Positions 59,230-62,170 of a DNA stretch of 62,170 nt are shown here, piece after piece. The DNA comes from Candidatus Sericytochromatia bacterium (GTDB lineage: Bacteria; Cyanobacteriota; Sericytochromatia; S15B-MN24; UBA4093): positions 1 through 62,170 of the forward strand of contig JAKFCT010000094.1 of the NCBI GenBank assembly GCA_036676495.1. Direction: 5' to 3'. The notes beneath the pieces are model-generated. The model ran no database searches, had not been told where the DNA came from, and worked only from the letters and a program-made list of their open reading frames with translations. The translations under genes were made by a program, and so were the position numbers. Each line of letters opens with the position of its first letter. Position 1 is the first letter of the stretch.

Positions 59230-60192
59230 TTAGCCTTCCGAGCCCTCGCGGAAGAACTGCAGCCCGCCACCCGGGGTGGCGAAGCAGACGACCCGGCGGC
59301 CGCCGTCCTTGCGGGCGAGGTCCAGGCGGCGCGTCGAGAGCTGGACGAGCGCGCGGGGGCTGGTGGTCTCGACCGTCGAGCTCACGCCGGCGAGCGGCTC
59401 CAGGATGGGGGAGATCCCCACCAGCTTGCGGGCGAAACGCTTGAGGACCTCCACCGCCGCCTCCGCCGAGGTCGAGGGGAAGTAGAAGAGCAGGTCGAAG
59501 TTGTCCCAGCGTACCGCCCAGTCGGTCTGACGGATCACCTGGCGCACGGCCTGGCCGATCTGCGCGAAGGTGGCGTTGAGCTCGTCCGCGGGCATGGTCC
59601 GGGCGAGCGCCTGGAAGTTGTCGAGCGAGATGAGGGCCACCGCGCCGGTCTCCTTGGAGCGGACCAGGCGCTCGCACTCCTCGCGGAAGCGCTCGTTGAA
59701 GTACTGGCGGTTCCAGAGACCGGTGAGCTTGTCCGTGGAGGTCCGCTTGGCGACCTCGTCGGCAAGCTGGTTGCTCAGGAAGGCGAAGCCCATGGGAGTG
59801 GCGAGGATCCGGCCGAGATGCTGGAGGTAATCGGCATCGGCCTTGGAGCTCTGCAAGAGAAGCAGGCCGAAGGTCTGACGATTGGCCTGGATGGCGACCT
59901 TGTAGCCGCCGCCCACCATCGGGATGGGGGCGAAGTCCCCCTCCTGCATGAGGTCTTCGATCTCGCCGCTGGAGGTGAAGGGCTCGAAGGTGGCCGGAGC
60001 CTTGCCGCCGAGGGCGACGACGCCATCCGGAGCCGGGAGCCAGGCCGCGGCCTGCACGTCCGGGGCATGGGCGGCGAGGGCCTCACGAATGGAATTGGCC
60101 AGGTACTCCCAGGAGGTCGCCGCGGGGATTTTCGTGGCGACGCCGATGAGACTCTGCATATCCTCTTGCGCCAGCTGGGTGAGCGTTTCCAT
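59230..60192 (-). CDS. Degenerate GGDEF-domain protein with retained RxxD I-site
   Basis: DKLTGLWNRQYF; RQTD-WAVRW-DNFDL in place of RxxD-x5-GGDEF; GAF-like N-terminus. Confidence 0.8.
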   Translation of the reverse strand: METLTQLAQEDMQSLIGVATKIPAATSWEYLANSIREALAAHAPDVQAAAWLPAPDGVVALGGKAPATFEPFTSSGEIEDLMQEGDFAPIPMVGGGYKVAIQANRQTFGLLLLQSSKADADYLQHLGRILATPMGFAFLSNQLADEVAKRTSTDKLTGLWNRQYFNERFREECERLVRSKETGAVALISLDNFQALARTMPADELNATFAQIGQAVRQVIRQTDWAVRWDNFDLLFYFPSTSAEAAVEVLKRFARKLVGISPILEPLAGVSSTVETTSPRALVQLSTRRLDLARKDGGRRVVCFATPGGGLQFFREGSEG

Positions 60193-60449
60193 TCGATCCT
60201 CCATCTTTGACATGGCTGCGTCGTCGGAAGCTAGGACGGGTGCTTGCCGCAGGCGCTCCAAACACGGCTGCGTCGTAGGGAGTCGTTGTGCCGCCCTCGG
60301 GCAGTTTTGGCGCCCGAGGTTATCAGAATGGTAAAGGAATTCCCTCAGCCTTGCAAGTTGAAAGCAGCGGCCGTTCGGCCTTGGCGGGCTGGAGCGAGGG
60401 GTGATAAACTAGCGAAGTCAAGCCGCGACGTTGTCATGAGGACGCTCGT

Positions 60450-61271
60450 TTGAAATCAGCAAGCCCCATTGGGCTCTATGACTCCGGACTCGGAGGGCTC
60501 TCCGTCGTCCGGGAAGTTTTCCGCCAGCTGCCTCACGAGGCCGTGCTGTACTTCGGGGATACCGCCCGGGTTCCCTATGGAGGCCGCTCCGTCGAGGAGC
60601 TGATCGCGTTCAACCAGGAGATCCTCGCGATCCTGCTGGAGCGCGGGGCCAAGGCGATCCTGGTCGCCTGCAACACCTCCAGCGCGGTGGCGCTCGAGGC
60701 CCTCGACGCCCACTGCCCCGTCCCGATCCTGGGGTTGATCGAGGCCGGCGCCCGCGCCGCGGTGCGCTGCGGAGCCAAGATTGGCATCATCGCCACCGAA
60801 GCGACCATCGCGAGCGGGGCGCATGCCCGGGCGATCGCCTCCATCCGCCCCGACGCCGAAGTCCTCCCCCTCGCCTGCCCTCGCCTCGTTCCCATGATCG
60901 AGGCTGGTGACTGGAACTCCGAGCACGCCGCCGCCGTCGTCATCGAATCCCTTGGCCCCCTCCTCGACGCCGACCTCGACGCCCTGGTCCTCGGCTGCAC
61001 CCATTACCCGATCCTCTCCGGGCTCATCCAGAGCATCGTCGGTCCCGGCGTCAAGCTGGTCGATCCCGCCCAGGAAGCCGTGAGAGCGCTGGGGGAGATC
61101 CTGGCCGGCCACGAATTGCTGGCCGAGCCCGCCCCCGCGCCCGAGCATGCCTTCCTGGTGAGCGGAGACCCGGAGGCCTTCACCCATAACGCCACGCGGC
61201 TCTTCGGGACACTCGCCGCCACGGTCTCGCACCACCCCGTGCGCAGCCTGCTCGACGCCAAACACGTCTAA
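60450..61271 (+). CDS. murI: Glutamate racemase
   Basis: DSGLGGLSV, DTARVPYG, ACNT, LGCTHYP. Confidence 0.96.
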   Translation: MKSASPIGLYDSGLGGLSVVREVFRQLPHEAVLYFGDTARVPYGGRSVEELIAFNQEILAILLERGAKAILVACNTSSAVALEALDAHCPVPILGLIEAGARAAVRCGAKIGIIATEATIASGAHARAIASIRPDAEVLPLACPRLVPMIEAGDWNSEHAAAVVIESLGPLLDADLDALVLGCTHYPILSGLIQSIVGPGVKLVDPAQEAVRALGEILAGHELLAEPAPAPEHAFLVSGDPEAFTHNATRLFGTLAATVSHHPVRSLLDAKHV

Positions 61272-61277
61272 CCCTCT

Positions 61278-61323
61278 CAAGACGATGCCCGCCCTTCCTC
61301 ACGGAAGGGCGGGCATCGTCTTG
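61278..61323. terminator. Probable bidirectional terminator
   Basis: 21-bp perfect stem between convergent genes. Confidence 0.7.
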
Positions 61324-61340
61324 GAGCGAGTTGCCTCGCG

Positions 61341-61793
61341 TTAGTGGACCTGATCCATCAGGAAGTCGTAAGCCAGCGTGACGACCTGCTGCTCTTCCTT
61401 GGTGGTCGTGTGGTAGTTCAGAGAGCCGAGCTCGCGAGCGACCTTGAGCAGGCTCGCCTCGTCCTGGAGCACGTCGTGGCCGTTCAGGACCATCTGGGTC
61501 GGACGGTAGCCGCTGCGGTAGACCACGCGATCCTGGGTGGCCACGCCATCGAGGACCAGCTGACGGAACTCGCGGGGAGCGTTTTCGCGGGTCACCCAGT
61601 ACATGACGACCAGACGCATGGTGTTCGGGGACTCGACGCGCTTGAATGCCTTGTAGATCTGGACCTGGGGGGCGGTTTCCAGCGCGGAGGCGGCGGCCTT
61701 GAGGCCGGTGGTCGTCTGCGGGGCGAAGGGGGAGGTGCCGCAACCGGCCAGCAACGACGCCGTCAGCAGGGAAAAGACGAGAATACGCTTCAT
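61341..61793 (-). CDS. Hypothetical lipoprotein
   Basis: MKRILVFSLLTASLLAGC lipobox; AAAGGA SD. Confidence 0.78.
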   Translation of the reverse strand: MKRILVFSLLTASLLAGCGTSPFAPQTTTGLKAAASALETAPQVQIYKAFKRVESPNTMRLVVMYWVTRENAPREFRQLVLDGVATQDRVVYRSGYRPTQMVLNGHDVLQDEASLLKVARELGSLNYHTTTKEEQQVVTLAYDFLMDQVH

Positions 61794-62170
61794 GCAAGAC
61801 CATCCTTTATCGAATCGCGGGTTTCGGATGGTTCGGCAACGTTGATGATCCATCGTCGGTTATCCCAGTGAATAAGCAACCCTCTAAGCATAAGGACGTT
61901 TTCCGGTCACTTAGTTAAGCCGAGATTAAGGCGCGATAAAATAATGGTAAACCTTTATCCGTACGAGGTTTTGCAAGCAGGCCTCACGCGCAAGGGAAAA
62001 AAGGGCTCGGTCCTCCACGGGTAAGGAAGGGCTCGGTCCGGTCGGTACGGTCCTCCGCGGATCTCGAACGCTTCCCCAGGCTGGAGTTTGGATGAGAGCC
62101 TGGGCCTGGGGATCCGGGCCTTGCTGAGGAGGCCTGGTGGTCGGGGCCCCTGTCTCTTCGGGCCAAAGCG

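Noticed and set aside
60246-60257. 12-nt reverse-complement match to the 5' end of the repeated motif (gccgcaggcgct)
   Set aside because: Match does not extend into the conserved stem; a GC-rich 12-mer is plausible by chance

Overview
High-GC bacterial chromosomal window, mostly core and signalling genes. It holds clpP(partial)-clpX-lon-Nudix, then a ~3.3 kb AT-richer island (S8 protease, IS66 remnant), rsgA with a candidate leader-peptide attenuator, and DUF885. Further along are a MerR-TolC-MFP-ABC export operon, a PAS-GGDEF-EAL gene, a lipoprotein + subtilase pair, a CPBP-SdpR-SdpI module, rnhA, valS and an MCP. Also present are a full arginine-to-spermidine pathway (speD-speE-speB and speA), two tRNA-Ala(GGC), two HKs, two paralogous LuxR-type RRs, a tandem LysM-like protein, GT4 + glucosidase, a degenerate GGDEF-holB-PSP1-sugar ABC operon, and murI. 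The gene mix suggests a non-photosynthetic relative of Cyanobacteria such as Sericytochromatia (inference only). The strongest unexplained signal is a ~105-nt structured element present twice, with compensatory base changes: once right after the valS stop codon and once in the speA 5' leader. I do not recognise it as a known RNA family. All calls are by eye from sequence; no searches were run.
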